Positions 29,149-39,656 of a stretch of 64,000 nucleotides of DNA are shown one piece after another. Within the stretch, counting starts at the first letter, position 1. Every line of letters starts with the position of its first letter. Under the pieces are notes generated by a model, which did not search any database, was not told the DNA's origin, and saw only the letters and a list, made by a program, of their open reading frames with translations. The translations under genes and the position numbers were made by a program. The stretch is from an uncultured Candidatus Competibacteraceae bacterium (GTDB taxonomy: Bacteria; Bacteroidota; Bacteroidia; CAIKAF01), in contig CAZRHR010000003.1 of assembly GCA_964599915.1 (NCBI GenBank), forward strand, positions 1,478 to 65,477. Reading direction: 5' to 3'.

Positions 29149-29212
29149 AGCGAAGATTTTGCATAAAAGTACAATCCTTCGCGTAAATTAAAACATTTAG
29201 TTTTTGAAATTG

Positions 29213-29947
29213 TTATTCAAACAAAAAAGAGATGTAAATTGAACGGGCTTGCATATGCTCAATGGCACGCGAATACAAGTTAAAATCCGGATAATGAACA
29301 TCCATGAGTCCCCAAGCTGTTTTCAATTGGGTGGATAGTTTAAAATAGGGCAGGTAAAACTCAAAACCGACACCGGCCTCAATTTGTAAATCGTGGGGTC
29401 TGAGTTTGATGGGAAAAGAAGCCCCATCGCTGCTGCCAACTTTAGAGGATAAATCAAACGTATATTTCATGCCACCAATCAGGTAGGCAGAAAAATTAGT
29501 AAGCCTAACCGATTGATATTTAAAATGAAATGGGAACTCTGCGAGGGTGCTTTCAAAGCGAAATTGATCAACGCGGCCCGGGCGACGAAATTCCATCACC
29601 CGACCAGCAAGCGAAAGGGTAGGAGAGAATTTGAGCCGCCAACGCTCACCCAAACGCATGGAGGATTCAATGCCCATGCTAAATCCGGGTTCCCAAATAG
29701 AGGAAACGCCATAAATGGTATCAGGGAGCAGGGTTCGTAAATCTGCAATGGGGCGAACGGCTAATCCCGTATGAATCAGTCCTAAATTCACCCCAAAACG
29801 AAACATTCTGCGGTTGTAATTGGGCAGATTTTCAGTCTTCACGGCAGGTTTTGCCCTTTTTTTGCCAATGCGGTTGGGCATGTCCGCCCCAGCACAACTG
29901 GTGAACAAAAGAGTGAAAACTAAAAAACCTGCAAAAAGGGGCCTCAT
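29213..29947 (-). CDS. Outer membrane beta-barrel protein (PorT/OMP_b-brl_2-like)
   Basis: Signal peptide. 244 aa with alternating hydrophobic beta pattern and a C-terminal aromatic (ISFLFE). Adjacent to ubiE. Confidence 0.5.
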   Translation of the reverse strand: MRPLFAGFLVFTLLFTSCAGADMPNRIGKKRAKPAVKTENLPNYNRRMFRFGVNLGLIHTGLAVRPIADLRTLLPDTIYGVSSIWEPGFSMGIESSMRLGERWRLKFSPTLSLAGRVMEFRRPGRVDQFRFESTLAEFPFHFKYQSVRLTNFSAYLIGGMKYTFDLSSKVGSSDGASFPIKLRPHDLQIEAGVGFEFYLPYFKLSTQLKTAWGLMDVHYPDFNLYSRAIEHMQARSIYISFLFE

Positions 29948-29976
29948 GGTGGATGGAAAACGATGCCTTCGGACTT

Positions 29977-30696
29977 TTATTTTATCCCGGAGTAAATTGA
30001 CGCAATACCAAAGGTGAGTCGCTTTTCCTTTAACGAAGAAAAACCAGCTGCACCTAGATGTTCCAAAAAGGCTTTACCATCGGGAAAAGCTTGAACACTT
30101 TCAGGTAAATACGTGTACGCTGATGCATCTTTAGATATCCATTTTCCCCACCGGGGTAAAATCTGGGAAAAATAAAACTGATAAAGTTGTTTCACTGGAA
30201 AATGGCTAGGCTTAGAAAATTCTAACACCACCACTAAACCACCCGGACGGGTCACACGGTACATTTCAGACAATCCCAAGTCGAGGTTTTCAAAATTCCG
30301 TACGCCAAAAGCCACGGTGACCGCATCGAAACTGGCATCGGGAAAAGGGAGGGCTTCGCTATCGCCATACGACAAATGCACCACTTCCGTTAACCCCTTT
30401 TTTTTAATTTTCTCTTTTCCAACGGCTAACATCCCTTCTGAAATATCAACGCCATTGATTTTTTCGGGTTGTAAGTGACTTAAGGCAATGGCCAAATCTG
30501 CCGTTCCGGTGGCAATGTCCAAAAGCCTTTTGGGCTGGTGCTGCTTCACAATAGAAACCACTTTTTTACGCCAGCCTTTATCAATTCCAAGGCTGAGAAA
30601 ATGGTTTAAAAAGTCGTATCGTGCAGAAATGTTGTCAAACATTTTTGCCACCTGCTCTTTTTTGGAGCCTTCCTGTTGATATGGTTTTACGGTCAA
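29977..30696 (-). CDS. ubiE: Demethylmenaquinone / ubiquinone C-methyltransferase UbiE/MenG
   Basis: [30 protein letters not shown]...[11 protein letters not shown] (SAM motif I). Confidence 0.85.
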   Translation of the reverse strand: MTVKPYQQEGSKKEQVAKMFDNISARYDFLNHFLSLGIDKGWRKKVVSIVKQHQPKRLLDIATGTADLAIALSHLQPEKINGVDISEGMLAVGKEKIKKKGLTEVVHLSYGDSEALPFPDASFDAVTVAFGVRNFENLDLGLSEMYRVTRPGGLVVVLEFSKPSHFPVKQLYQFYFSQILPRWGKWISKDASAYTYLPESVQAFPDGKAFLEHLGAAGFSSLKEKRLTFGIASIYSGIK

Positions 30697-30779
30697 AACG
30701 TCCTAATTTGGGGTGTGAAGATAGCACCATTTTGGTACTTCAGGGGATAGAACAGCCACAGGCGGTGGATTGTTGTCTT

Positions 30780-32603
30780 TTAACCCAACATCACATAGGC
30801 ATCCGGGTATTTGTAATTGTTGGTCATGGCTTTTCTCGACACTGCAAAAGCGACCGTAAGAACCCCCACGCGACCCACCAACATGCTTATCATCAGAATG
30901 ATTTTGCCTCCCAGTGAAAGTTGTGATGTAATACCCGTTGAGAGTCCTGTGGTCGAAAATGCAGAAACCTCTTCAAATGCCAAGTACAAAAAGTTGATGT
31001 GCGGATCTGTAATGCTGAGTGCCACAGTTCCAATAAACACACCGGATAGGGTAAATAGAAAAATGGAAAATGCTTTGTATAGTAACTCATTAGAAATGGT
31101 ATTCCGGAAAATTTCCACATACTTTTTCCCTCTGATGGTAGCTAAGGCCGATAGGAAAATCAAAGCAATGGTGGTGGTTTTGATGCCACCTCCTGTTCCT
31201 CCTGGAGATGCACCCACAAACATCAGGAAGATAAAAAGAAGTAGAGTCGAATTGGCCATCAGTCCAAAATTCAATGTGTTGAATCCAGCCGTGCGGCTAC
31301 TAATGCTTTGGAACAAGGCATGAATGAGTTGAGAAAAACCATTCATGTTTCTCAGGCCACCTTCGGCATATTGTGCAGGATTGCGCATTTCCATGAGGTA
31401 AAACAAACCCGCGCCCACAAGAATTAAAATTAAACTTGTATATATGGCAAGTCGGCTACTTACCTGCAATCTGCGCCAAGGCTGAAACATTCTTTTGCGC
31501 ATCATGCCGGGATCTAACCAGTCATTGAGCACAGGCACCCCAATTCCACCTAAAAAAATAAGAATCCCCAACACCACATGGGTGACCAAACTTTGTTGAA
31601 CACCTTGCTCTGCCATTCCGGCAGAAAAAGTGGAGAAACCTGCGTTATTAAAGGCTGATATGGCATGGAAAGCGGAGGTAAAGATTCGGTCAGCTTCAGA
31701 GGCGAATACCACTTCCGGCGACCAGCTTAAATACACCATAAGCATGCCCGTTAGTTCAATGAGTAGGGTAAAACCAATGACTTTCTTAAGCATGGATTGG
31801 GTACTAGACAGGCTGTCGTAGCTCATGAAATCCTTGATCATGCTATTGGCCCGAATGCCTACGCCTTTTCGCATAAAGGCGCCAAAAAAAGCGGCAAATG
31901 AAATGATGTTTAAACCACCCAATTGAAATAAAATCATAATGACCGCCTTACCTTTCATGGTAAAGGTGGTCGCCGTATCCAATACGGTGAGTCCAGTAAC
32001 ACAAGAGGCACTAACCGAAGTAAATAAGGCATCTTCGAACCGAATGCTTCCTGGCACATTGACCATTTCCGGCATAAGCAAAAGGCCTGTTCCCACCGCA
32101 ATAAGTATGAGAAAAGAAAAGAAAAACATAATCGCAGGCTTTATCTTGAGCATACCTAGCCGCTGGCTGGCTTTTCCCAATTCAATAAAGACTACAGAAA
32201 TCAAGACCAATTGAAGGAACAAGAAAAAATCAAGGGATTGCGAAAACAAACGGCTAAAAATATCTTGTCGGCTAAACAATCCTACCAATCCATCTGCCAG
32301 GAGCACCAATAAGATGGTTCCCTCTAACCAATTTTGTCGAATAAATTTGGCCGGTTCAAATTCAAAAAAAATCCGCAGTAAAAAGGAAAAAATGAAAAAT
32401 GAAAACCCGGCTTTGATGAGGAATATATTGAAGGCAATGCCGGCTGCGGTTTGGGGATACCCATGAAAATAAATTAAAAATCCACTCATGCCAATGGCTA
32501 CGACCAACCTAAGCAAACGCATGACCTGAATCACACGGTTTTTACTACCGTAAATGCGAATATTGATAGATTCCCGTATCCTTTGTAAAAAGCGTAGGGG
32601 CAT
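30780..32603 (-). CDS. trkH: TrkH/KtrB family potassium uptake membrane protein
   Basis: About 12 TM segments with repeated pore-loop glycine motifs (GFNTLNFG, TTGLST, GASPGGTGGGIKTTT). Confidence 0.7.
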   Translation of the reverse strand: MPLRFLQRIRESINIRIYGSKNRVIQVMRLLRLVVAIGMSGFLIYFHGYPQTAAGIAFNIFLIKAGFSFFIFSFLLRIFFEFEPAKFIRQNWLEGTILLVLLADGLVGLFSRQDIFSRLFSQSLDFFLFLQLVLISVVFIELGKASQRLGMLKIKPAIMFFFSFLILIAVGTGLLLMPEMVNVPGSIRFEDALFTSVSASCVTGLTVLDTATTFTMKGKAVIMILFQLGGLNIISFAAFFGAFMRKGVGIRANSMIKDFMSYDSLSSTQSMLKKVIGFTLLIELTGMLMVYLSWSPEVVFASEADRIFTSAFHAISAFNNAGFSTFSAGMAEQGVQQSLVTHVVLGILIFLGGIGVPVLNDWLDPGMMRKRMFQPWRRLQVSSRLAIYTSLILILVGAGLFYLMEMRNPAQYAEGGLRNMNGFSQLIHALFQSISSRTAGFNTLNFGLMANSTLLLFIFLMFVGASPGGTGGGIKTTTIALIFLSALATIRGKKYVEIFRNTISNELLYKAFSIFLFTLSGVFIGTVALSITDPHINFLYLAFEEVSAFSTTGLSTGITSQLSLGGKIILMISMLVGRVGVLTVAFAVSRKAMTNNYKYPDAYVMLG

Positions 32604-32605
32604 GT

Positions 32606-33790
32606 TTAACTATTTAGGGCAGATTGAATCCGCATGATGGCTTGGGCAAATTGGGTTTCGGAGGTGGCATAGCTTAATCGAATGGCGTTTGGTGCTCCAA
32701 ACGCACCTCCCGGAACCGTGGCCACATGGGCTCTATTTAAAAAGTACATGCACAAATCGTCCGACGTTTCTACGTGAACCCCACCATAGGTTTTGCCAAG
32801 ACAGGCAGACACTTCGGGGAAAAAGTAAAAGGCGCCAGGGGGTAAATCCACTTGAAAACCATTCACTTTTTTTAGTTGTTCATAGCCTTTGTTTCTCCGC
32901 TCCATAAACACATCACGCATGTATTGGATGGCTTGTGGATGGGCTTCAAGAGCCGCAATGGCAGCGCGCTGGGTAATAGAACAGGTGGCGCTGGTGGTTT
33001 GTCCTTGGATTTTTATACAAGCCTGGATAATGGGCTCAGGACCTCCCAAATATCCCAAACGCCAGCCTGTCATGGCAAAGGATTTGGACAAGCCATTCAC
33101 CGTAACCGTACGATGTTCCATACCCGGTAAACTGGCCATACTCACATGCTTGCCTTCGAACAAAATATGCTCATAAATTTCATCTGACATCACTAAAACA
33201 TCCGGATGGGATTGAAGAACTTCAGCCAAACTTTCCAATTCTTCCTTGGTATAGGCAGCGCCTGTGGGATTGCAAGGCGAGCTGAACCAAAACATTTTGG
33301 TCTTGGGCGTGATGGCAGCCGCCAATTGTTCGGCCGTGATTTTATACGCTTGTTCAAAACCAGCAAGCACCGGAACTGGCGTGGCCCCGGTCATGCGAAT
33401 GATTTCGCGGTAACTTACCCAAAAGGGAGCGGCCACAACCACTTCGTCTCCGGGATCTAACACCGCCATCGCCAAGTTGGCAATACTTTGTTTTGCCCCG
33501 GTACTGGCAATAATTTGTGAACGGTTATAAATCAAACCATTATCTCGTTCAAATTTGGTGCGAATAGCGTCCAATAACGCTTCATATCCTTGTACTGGAG
33601 TATAATGCGAATAATTTTGGTCAATGGCGACCTTTGCAGCCATTTTGATGAATTCGGGGGTATCAAAATCTGGCTCACCCAGGGAAAGATTGATGATTTG
33701 ATGCCCTTGGGCAGCTAATTCTCTACTTTTTCTAGACATGGCCAAGGTTTCACTCTCAGCCATTTGGGTTACCAATTGGGAAATCTTCAT
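32606..33790 (-). CDS. Pyridoxal phosphate-dependent aminotransferase (class I, aspartate aminotransferase-like)
   Basis: NLSLGEPDFDTP...SKSFAMTGWRLGY (PLP-lysine region). Confidence 0.85.
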   Translation of the reverse strand: MKISQLVTQMAESETLAMSRKSRELAAQGHQIINLSLGEPDFDTPEFIKMAAKVAIDQNYSHYTPVQGYEALLDAIRTKFERDNGLIYNRSQIIASTGAKQSIANLAMAVLDPGDEVVVAAPFWVSYREIIRMTGATPVPVLAGFEQAYKITAEQLAAAITPKTKMFWFSSPCNPTGAAYTKEELESLAEVLQSHPDVLVMSDEIYEHILFEGKHVSMASLPGMEHRTVTVNGLSKSFAMTGWRLGYLGGPEPIIQACIKIQGQTTSATCSITQRAAIAALEAHPQAIQYMRDVFMERRNKGYEQLKKVNGFQVDLPPGAFYFFPEVSACLGKTYGGVHVETSDDLCMYFLNRAHVATVPGGAFGAPNAIRLSYATSETQFAQAIMRIQSALNS

Positions 33791-33896
33791 GAAATTTACA
33801 TTCGTTAGGCAATACTAAGTAAAATTCCATCGTTATCGGAAGGTTTTCCTGCTAATTTTGCTTCCAACTTATTAGAATTTCTGTAAAGTTACCGCT

Positions 33897-34427
33897 ATGG
33901 ATGCTTCGCTCGTTTTTTTAGAAATACTAAGGTATGCTGCACCTTCTATATTGGTGTTCATTCTGGTGTTCCTCATTCTAAAACAATTCTTTGAATTTCA
34001 ATTGAGGAAGCAATCCATGGATATACGTAGACTCAACCAACAAGCCATAACTCCCATGCGCCTGCAAGCCTATGAAAGGGTTATTTTGCTCATGGAACGC
34101 ATCAATCCTTCCCAACTGGTCATGCGAATGAAACAGCCCAACCTGTCGAAAAAAGATTTTCATGCCTTGCTGATTCAACAAATCAGACAAGAATACGAAC
34201 ATAACCTTACCCAACAGATTTACATGACTAAAGGGGCTTGGGAAGCGGTGAAAAAGGCCAAGGAAGAATCTATTAAATTGGTCAATGTAGCCGCCACCCG
34301 TGTGCCTGAAGATGCAGCAGGTGTGGAATTGGGAAAAGCGGTGTTGGAAATGGTGATGGACATCGAAAAATTGCCTACCCAGGCTGCCATTGATATTTTA
34401 AAACAAGAAGTGCGCACCCTCTACTAA
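33897..34427 (+). CDS. Hypothetical membrane-anchored protein
   Basis: N-terminal TM helix then a helical charged domain. No family recognised. Confidence 0.45.
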   Translation: MDASLVFLEILRYAAPSILVFILVFLILKQFFEFQLRKQSMDIRRLNQQAITPMRLQAYERVILLMERINPSQLVMRMKQPNLSKKDFHALLIQQIRQEYEHNLTQQIYMTKGAWEAVKKAKEESIKLVNVAATRVPEDAAGVELGKAVLEMVMDIEKLPTQAAIDILKQEVRTLY

Positions 34428-34487
34428 ATTTTTGTAACTTCCCTATCGTGTTCAGGTAAACCAAGCCATTTTTAAAGAAAAAATCGA

Positions 34488-35549
34488 ATGAAAGCAAAGG
34501 GGAATCGGTATCGTTTTAGTCTTCTTGCGATTTCCTTTGTTTTAGCGTTATGGAGCTGCCAAACCGAAGAGGTTTTGCCGGAACCCACCCCTTACACCTT
34601 TGATGTACCGGCTTATTTTGGTTCGGTTCCTCAGCCTTCGCAAAATAAAGCCACCATAGAAGGAGTGGCTTTGGGGAAAAAATTATTCTTCGACCCCATT
34701 TTATCCCGAAACAATACCATTTCCTGTAGCAGCTGTCACCATCCTGAAAAGGCTTTTACCGATGGTTTGCCCAAATCTGTCGGAATAGACGGACGTTTAG
34801 GACGACGCAATGCCATGGCATTGGTGAATTTGGCATGGGCCAATCGCTTTTTCTGGGATGGCCGAACCTTTTCTCTTGAGGCCCAAGTCTTGTTACCTGT
34901 GCCAGACCATTTGGAAATGGATTTGTCTTGGGAAGAGGCCGAAGCCCGTTTAAATGCCCATCCGGAGTATCCCGACCTGTTTCGGCGCGCTTTTATGCTC
35001 TCTTCGGAAGAACCTATTTTAGCCGCTCATGTGGCCAAAGCCATCAGCCAATTTATGCGCACGCTGATTTCCTCAGACAGCAAGTTCGATAAGTTCATGC
35101 GTGGCGAAACGGTCCTATCTCCGGCGGAGTTGCGTGGCTTCGACTTATTTCGAACCGAACGAGCCGATTGTTTTCATTGTCATGGGCACGATGGGTTTGT
35201 GCAGTTTACCAACAATTCCATCCAAAACAATGGGTTGGACCCTCAGGGTGCTTGGTTGGATTCAGGGTTGTTTTTACATACGGGCTTGTCTTTTAACATC
35301 GGGATGTTTAAGACGCCGACGCTACGCAACATAGCCGTTACGGCGCCTTACATGCACGATGGAAGGTTTGCGACCTTGGAAGAAGTTATTGAGCATTATG
35401 ATTCAGGTGGTCATCCTTCTCAAACCATTGATCCACTCATGAAATTTGTGGGTGTAGGTTTACAGTTATCGGCGCAGGAAAAATCCGACTTGGTAGCCTT
35501 TTTACACACCTTGACGGATGAGGCGTTTTTGGCGCGGCATGCGGAGTAG
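34488..35549 (+). CDS. Di-haem cytochrome c peroxidase (CCP/MauG family)
   Basis: Two haem motifs CSSCHH and CFHCHG. Lipoprotein signal. Confidence 0.85.
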   Translation: MKAKGNRYRFSLLAISFVLALWSCQTEEVLPEPTPYTFDVPAYFGSVPQPSQNKATIEGVALGKKLFFDPILSRNNTISCSSCHHPEKAFTDGLPKSVGIDGRLGRRNAMALVNLAWANRFFWDGRTFSLEAQVLLPVPDHLEMDLSWEEAEARLNAHPEYPDLFRRAFMLSSEEPILAAHVAKAISQFMRTLISSDSKFDKFMRGETVLSPAELRGFDLFRTERADCFHCHGHDGFVQFTNNSIQNNGLDPQGAWLDSGLFLHTGLSFNIGMFKTPTLRNIAVTAPYMHDGRFATLEEVIEHYDSGGHPSQTIDPLMKFVGVGLQLSAQEKSDLVAFLHTLTDEAFLARHAE

Positions 35550-35591
35550 GTAAGGGGGCACATTCCCCAAACCATCATTTTCATTTTTTTA

Positions 35592-35954
35592 AAAAGGGCA
35601 GACCCATAAGCCGGGTTTTGTTCTATCCTGTCATTCATCTAGGCGAAGCATCACTGCTACGCTCCATCGACCTACCCGTTTGGTGTGTCTTTCGACACGT
35701 CTCAGGCCAAGTCCAAACCTATTTGGTCTTTCAGCCCGCAGAGTTTACCCAGAGCCTGGTTACCCAGACAACGCGTGAGCTCTTACCTCACGTTTTCACC
35801 TTTTCCGGCCAGGTTGCCCATGGCAGGTAGTTTATTTTCTGTGGCCCTTTTCGTATTTCGCTTGCGCAAAACCCCAGGAGTTACCTGGTGCGGTGCCTTA
35901 TGCTGCCCGGACTTTCCTCCGGCTTTCGCCAGCGACAGGTCGGTCTGCCCGCTG
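35592..35954 (-). ncRNA. rnpB: RNase P RNA (bacterial type A)
   Basis: The minus-strand read contains GGAGGAAAGTCCGGGC (P4), ACAGAAA, GGTGAAAACGTGAGGTAAGAGCTCACGC and ATAGAAC..CCCGGCTTAT. The P1 helix GGGCAGACC/GGTCTGCCC closes the molecule. The five ORFs called here are spurious. Confidence 0.85.
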
Positions 35955-35986
35955 TAAATATACGGGCTATTTACCAAATACGACTT

Positions 35987-37246
35987 TTAGGACGCAAATA
36001 CATACGAAAACACAAGCAAAAGACTACCCAAGACCCAACTTTTCAACGGAATCAACTGGTCCAAGTCAATACCCTCTTTTCGTAACCACAAGGCCAATAC
36101 GATTTTCTCCACAGAAAAGGCCACCACTGTGCCCCAGGCTAATCCATGAATGCCTAAAAATGGAAATAAAGCCAAACTTACCGTCACATTTAAAAACGTG
36201 TCTATACCCGCAGCCCACAAGATTTTTTTCCGTTGTCCCGTTCCTAAGAACCAGACTTGGGGCATCCATAACCTTGGAATGAGTAACAACAGAAAAATTT
36301 GAAAAATACCTGCAGCCTCTGTAAAATCCGCTGAAAACGCGGTACGAAATAAGAAAGGCGCCATCCACATCAGTCCCAGAGAAAGGATAAAAAGTGGCCA
36401 CATGTATTTTTTTACCCGTTGACGCACCGCCAAAAGGTCCTGTTTTACCCGAACAAAAGGCGCCATGGCTTCACTCAAAGCCGCCATGAGCATCACAGAA
36501 AGTGGCAATTCTTTGGCGCCATATTGGAAAATGGCGAGTTGCTCCGGAACAAAACGCCGCACAATGCCAGCATCTATGTGGGGCGCATAGCCCGTAAGTA
36601 TCCCAACCAACAAAAGGGGTAAAGTGCCTTTTTGCCAGGTCGGTTTTTCTTTCCATGGCTGCACGTAAGCAACAAGCAGAAGCCAACGGAAAAGTCCAAG
36701 AAACACAAATCCACGCACCATGGCTTCAGGATTTCCGGTATAGGCGCTGCCAATAAGGAAAATGGGAATCAAAGGCTGCAAAAAAAATACAGACAGCCAT
36801 AGTAAGGACGATTTCTTTTCAATCATCCACGCATATTCCAAAAGTAAACTCACAGGATAGGTAAGAAACCAAAGACAAATCCAAAAGGTGATTTGGCCGG
36901 ATTCCTGCACGTGCCAAAAGGAGAAAATCCAGGCATGAAGGGCATAAAATAACAGGGCAACCATGCCCGCATACCCTGTCATCGTCCAAAAAATAGTCCG
37001 AAGGGTGGCTTTTCCCCGAAAATTTTCCCCGGCCAAAGTTTGAAAACAGCCATTGACCCAAAAGGAAGAACCGGCCACCAGAATGAGCAAAAAAGTTTCA
37101 AATAAGGCGATGTAAGTTTTTGAAAAACCGAGTTTTGCCAAAGCCACACCGATGCTGAGCATCATGAGAAAACGCATAAAAATATAGGCCTGCCAAGCAC
37201 CAAAGGCAGAACTGGAAAAGATTTGATGTATATTTTTTTTCAGCAA
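35987..37246 (-). CDS. Polysaccharide biosynthesis / oligosaccharide flippase family membrane protein (MOP superfamily)
   Basis: 419 aa, about 12-14 TM helices, and no soluble domains. Confidence 0.5.
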   Translation of the reverse strand: MLKKNIHQIFSSSAFGAWQAYIFMRFLMMLSIGVALAKLGFSKTYIALFETFLLILVAGSSFWVNGCFQTLAGENFRGKATLRTIFWTMTGYAGMVALLFYALHAWIFSFWHVQESGQITFWICLWFLTYPVSLLLEYAWMIEKKSSLLWLSVFFLQPLIPIFLIGSAYTGNPEAMVRGFVFLGLFRWLLLVAYVQPWKEKPTWQKGTLPLLLVGILTGYAPHIDAGIVRRFVPEQLAIFQYGAKELPLSVMLMAALSEAMAPFVRVKQDLLAVRQRVKKYMWPLFILSLGLMWMAPFLFRTAFSADFTEAAGIFQIFLLLLIPRLWMPQVWFLGTGQRKKILWAAGIDTFLNVTVSLALFPFLGIHGLAWGTVVAFSVEKIVLALWLRKEGIDLDQLIPLKSWVLGSLLLVFSYVFAS

Positions 37247-37262
37247 GCCCTATATTTTTCGA

Positions 37263-37270
37263 TTTCCCAT
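37263..37270 (+). promoter_or_regulatory. Putative -7 promoter element TATATTTG for tRNA-His
   Basis: A TAnnTTTG match ending 14 nt before G-1 of the tRNA. Confidence 0.35.
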
Positions 37271-37284
37271 CATATATTTGCATC

Positions 37285-37362
<78 letters not shown>

Positions 37363-37400
37363 TTCCTCCCCAAAAAAAAGCTGCTTGCAAAGGCAGCTTT
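37363..37400 (+). terminator. Rho-independent terminator after tRNA-His
   Basis: AAGCTGC-TTGCAAAG-GCAGCTT hairpin followed by TTTCTTGTTT. Confidence 0.5.
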
Positions 37401-37406
37401 TCTTGT

Positions 37407-38303
37407 TTATAGTCGGCCATATTGCACTTTTGAAACGACGCCTAAAGGTAAAATCCGACCGAAATCATCCTTTAAACCTAATTCTCCGCAAGAAATTTCA
37501 GGATCTCCGGGCATGGTTTCTTTTAAAAGATTATCCATGACCAAACTGGAAAAACCGAGGGAATAGGTATTAAGGATAAGCCATCCTCCTTTAGGTTGAA
37601 TTAGTTGCCCGGTTAGCTCGAGCAGTTCCCGTAGCATTTTTTCCAATTTCCAGCTTTCGCCGGACGGCCCGTGGCCAAAGGCAGGCGGATCCATAATGAT
37701 GCCTTCATAGGTTTTTCCACGTTTTACTTCACGTTGAATAAATTTCATGGCATCTTCCACGACCCAGCGAATGTCCGTTAAACCGGAACTTTCCATGTTC
37801 CTTTTAGACCAACTAACTACCTGCCGAATGGCATCGACATGGTACGTTTCCGCACCCGCAGCCCTGGCGGCTAAACTCGCAGCACCGGTGTAGGCAAACA
37901 CATTTAAGCATTTCCCGCCTTGCAAAGGTCCCTGCATGAGCTGATAAATGGCATCCCAGTTGAGGTGTTGCTCCGGAAAAATTCCGACATGCTTAAATCC
38001 TGTCAGGGCCAATTGAAAAGTGAGGGTAGGACCATCCGGAAGGGTATAGTTGATATCCCACTGATCCGGCATGGATTTCAGTTTTATCCAGCGTCCTGAA
38101 TGAGAGCCGGTGCCTTGAAACTTTACATGGGCCAACTTTTCCCAGGTGGCTCGATCCTGAGCAGGTTTCCAAATGGCTTGTGGTTCAGGACGGATGGTGA
38201 TATATTCACCAAAACGTTCTAATTTTTCGAAGTCTCCGCTGTCCAAAAGGGCATAATCTGCCCAACCTTTGGTTACGTGTACAGGTATGTTGTGCGTTGT
38301 CAT
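37407..38303 (-). CDS. Class I SAM-dependent rRNA methyltransferase (RlmI/RlmK-like)
   Basis: SAM-binding Rossmann region (NVFAYTGAASLAARAAGA...DPPAFGHGP) with an N-terminal PUA-like segment. Confidence 0.6.
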   Translation of the reverse strand: MTTHNIPVHVTKGWADYALLDSGDFEKLERFGEYITIRPEPQAIWKPAQDRATWEKLAHVKFQGTGSHSGRWIKLKSMPDQWDINYTLPDGPTLTFQLALTGFKHVGIFPEQHLNWDAIYQLMQGPLQGGKCLNVFAYTGAASLAARAAGAETYHVDAIRQVVSWSKRNMESSGLTDIRWVVEDAMKFIQREVKRGKTYEGIIMDPPAFGHGPSGESWKLEKMLRELLELTGQLIQPKGGWLILNTYSLGFSSLVMDNLLKETMPGDPEISCGELGLKDDFGRILPLGVVSKVQYGRL

Positions 38304-38734
38304 TTTTTGATTTGAAGAAGTGAAACCGTCAATTGGGCATTGGCCACGATGCGGTCTTGGGGGTCAAAGATAACAATGGCCCAAACCTGGGTACTCCCCC
38401 CAAGGTGAACGGGAGACGCTTTCCCTCGGACAGGACCTTCATTTTCTTTTACCCCACGAATATGTTGAATGTTGAGAGATAAGCCTACCGGGGCTTTTTC
38501 TTCCGGATTTACAGTAAGTAATGCGGCAATGGAACCAAGTGTTTCTGCCAGGGCGGCGGATGCACCTCCATGCAAACGACGCATGGGCTGCACTGTTCGA
38601 TGATCGACCGGCATTTCGCCCCATAAACTGTCGTCTGTGATGGACGTAATCCGAATATCCAAATGATCCACCATAGAATGCGTGGATCTGGATTGTATAA
38701 GTTCCGGTGTTATAGAGGGATTAAACCAAATCAT
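38300..38734 (-). CDS. Hotdog-fold thioesterase (PaaI/YbdB family)
   Basis: HGGASAALAETLGSIAA motif. 144 aa. Confidence 0.7.
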   Translation of the reverse strand: MIWFNPSITPELIQSRSTHSMVDHLDIRITSITDDSLWGEMPVDHRTVQPMRRLHGGASAALAETLGSIAALLTVNPEEKAPVGLSLNIQHIRGVKENEGPVRGKASPVHLGGSTQVWAIVIFDPQDRIVANAQLTVSLLQIKK

Positions 38735-39656
38735 GTAATGTAGAGATGTAAGATGAAACGTGCCAAATGCCTATGGTTTTATCGTCTCCTGCGGTAAAAA
38801 CCCTATGCCCATTCGAGGAACAAGCCATGGCATTAATGGAGTGCCGATGGCCTTGGTCAGCCTTACGGGACATTTTTCCCAGCGGCCTTAATGGCTTGGT
38901 ATGCCATATTTTTACAGAAGCATCGCGGCTTGCGCTCATCAGCCAAGGTTCGGAGGGATGAGATACCAACCTGTAAATGGCATAATGATGCGCGGGCAAG
39001 GCATGAATTTTTTCTCCGGATAGGCCATCTAACACATGTAAATGCCCGTCTCTTCCGGCAGTAATAACTTTAGTGCCCGTAGGATTCCACCATGCGGTGT
39101 GTAAAGGCAACTCACTGACCAAAACTGTATTAGTGATTTCACCATGGATTGGATTCAGCCACACCAAATGACCGGAAAAGCAGGGCACCAGCAGCTGTTG
39201 ATGTAAAGGATGAAGGACCAATTCACGAATTTTGCCAAAGGGTAGTGTCGTACGCCATTGGATTTCACCTTCGGGTAAAAGGATAGATTGAACCATTCCA
39301 TCTACACCGGAGGTAAGAAGACAAGCAGAGGAAGGCAGGTAGGTGAGGGCAAAAATGCCACCGGAATGTAATTGCCAATGATACAGCACTTTTTTCTGGT
39401 CTATGTCCAGCAGGATGCAATGTCCATCGGCTTGTCCAATGGCCAGCCACCTTTTCTCAGGAATCCAACAAAGGGAGTACACCGTAGCGGTGGCTTGTGC
39501 AAGGGCTTCGGCTTCATTTTGCTCTATGTTCCATTTAGCTATCCAACGGTCTTCTCCAGCTGTAATAATGGTATCATCCTCAGGAAGATATACCATAGCA
39601 TAAATGGGCCTTTGGTGTCCGGTGAGTCGCTTAAAAGGTAAAGCGGAGTTACTCAT
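38721..39656 (-). CDS. WD40 repeat protein
   Basis: Repeated WD-like units (GHQRPIYAM...WN; ...IWH). Start placed at MSNSAL (39656), giving an 8-bp overlap with the upstream gene. Confidence 0.6.
   Translation of the reverse strand: MSNSALPFKRLTGHQRPIYAMVYLPEDDTIITAGEDRWIAKWNIEQNEAEALAQATATVYSLCWIPEKRWLAIGQADGHCILLDIDQKKVLYHWQLHSGGIFALTYLPSSACLLTSGVDGMVQSILLPEGEIQWRTTLPFGKIRELVLHPLHQQLLVPCFSGHLVWLNPIHGEITNTVLVSELPLHTAWWNPTGTKVITAGRDGHLHVLDGLSGEKIHALPAHHYAIYRLVSHPSEPWLMSASRDASVKIWHTKPLRPLGKMSRKADQGHRHSINAMACSSNGHRVFTAGDDKTIGIWHVSSYISTLHDLV

Noticed and set aside
35618-36282. Five overlapping ORFs (35618-35830, 35685-35957, 35783-35977, 35888-36085, 35893-36282)
   Set aside because: They lie within or across the RNase P RNA gene. 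No coding features.
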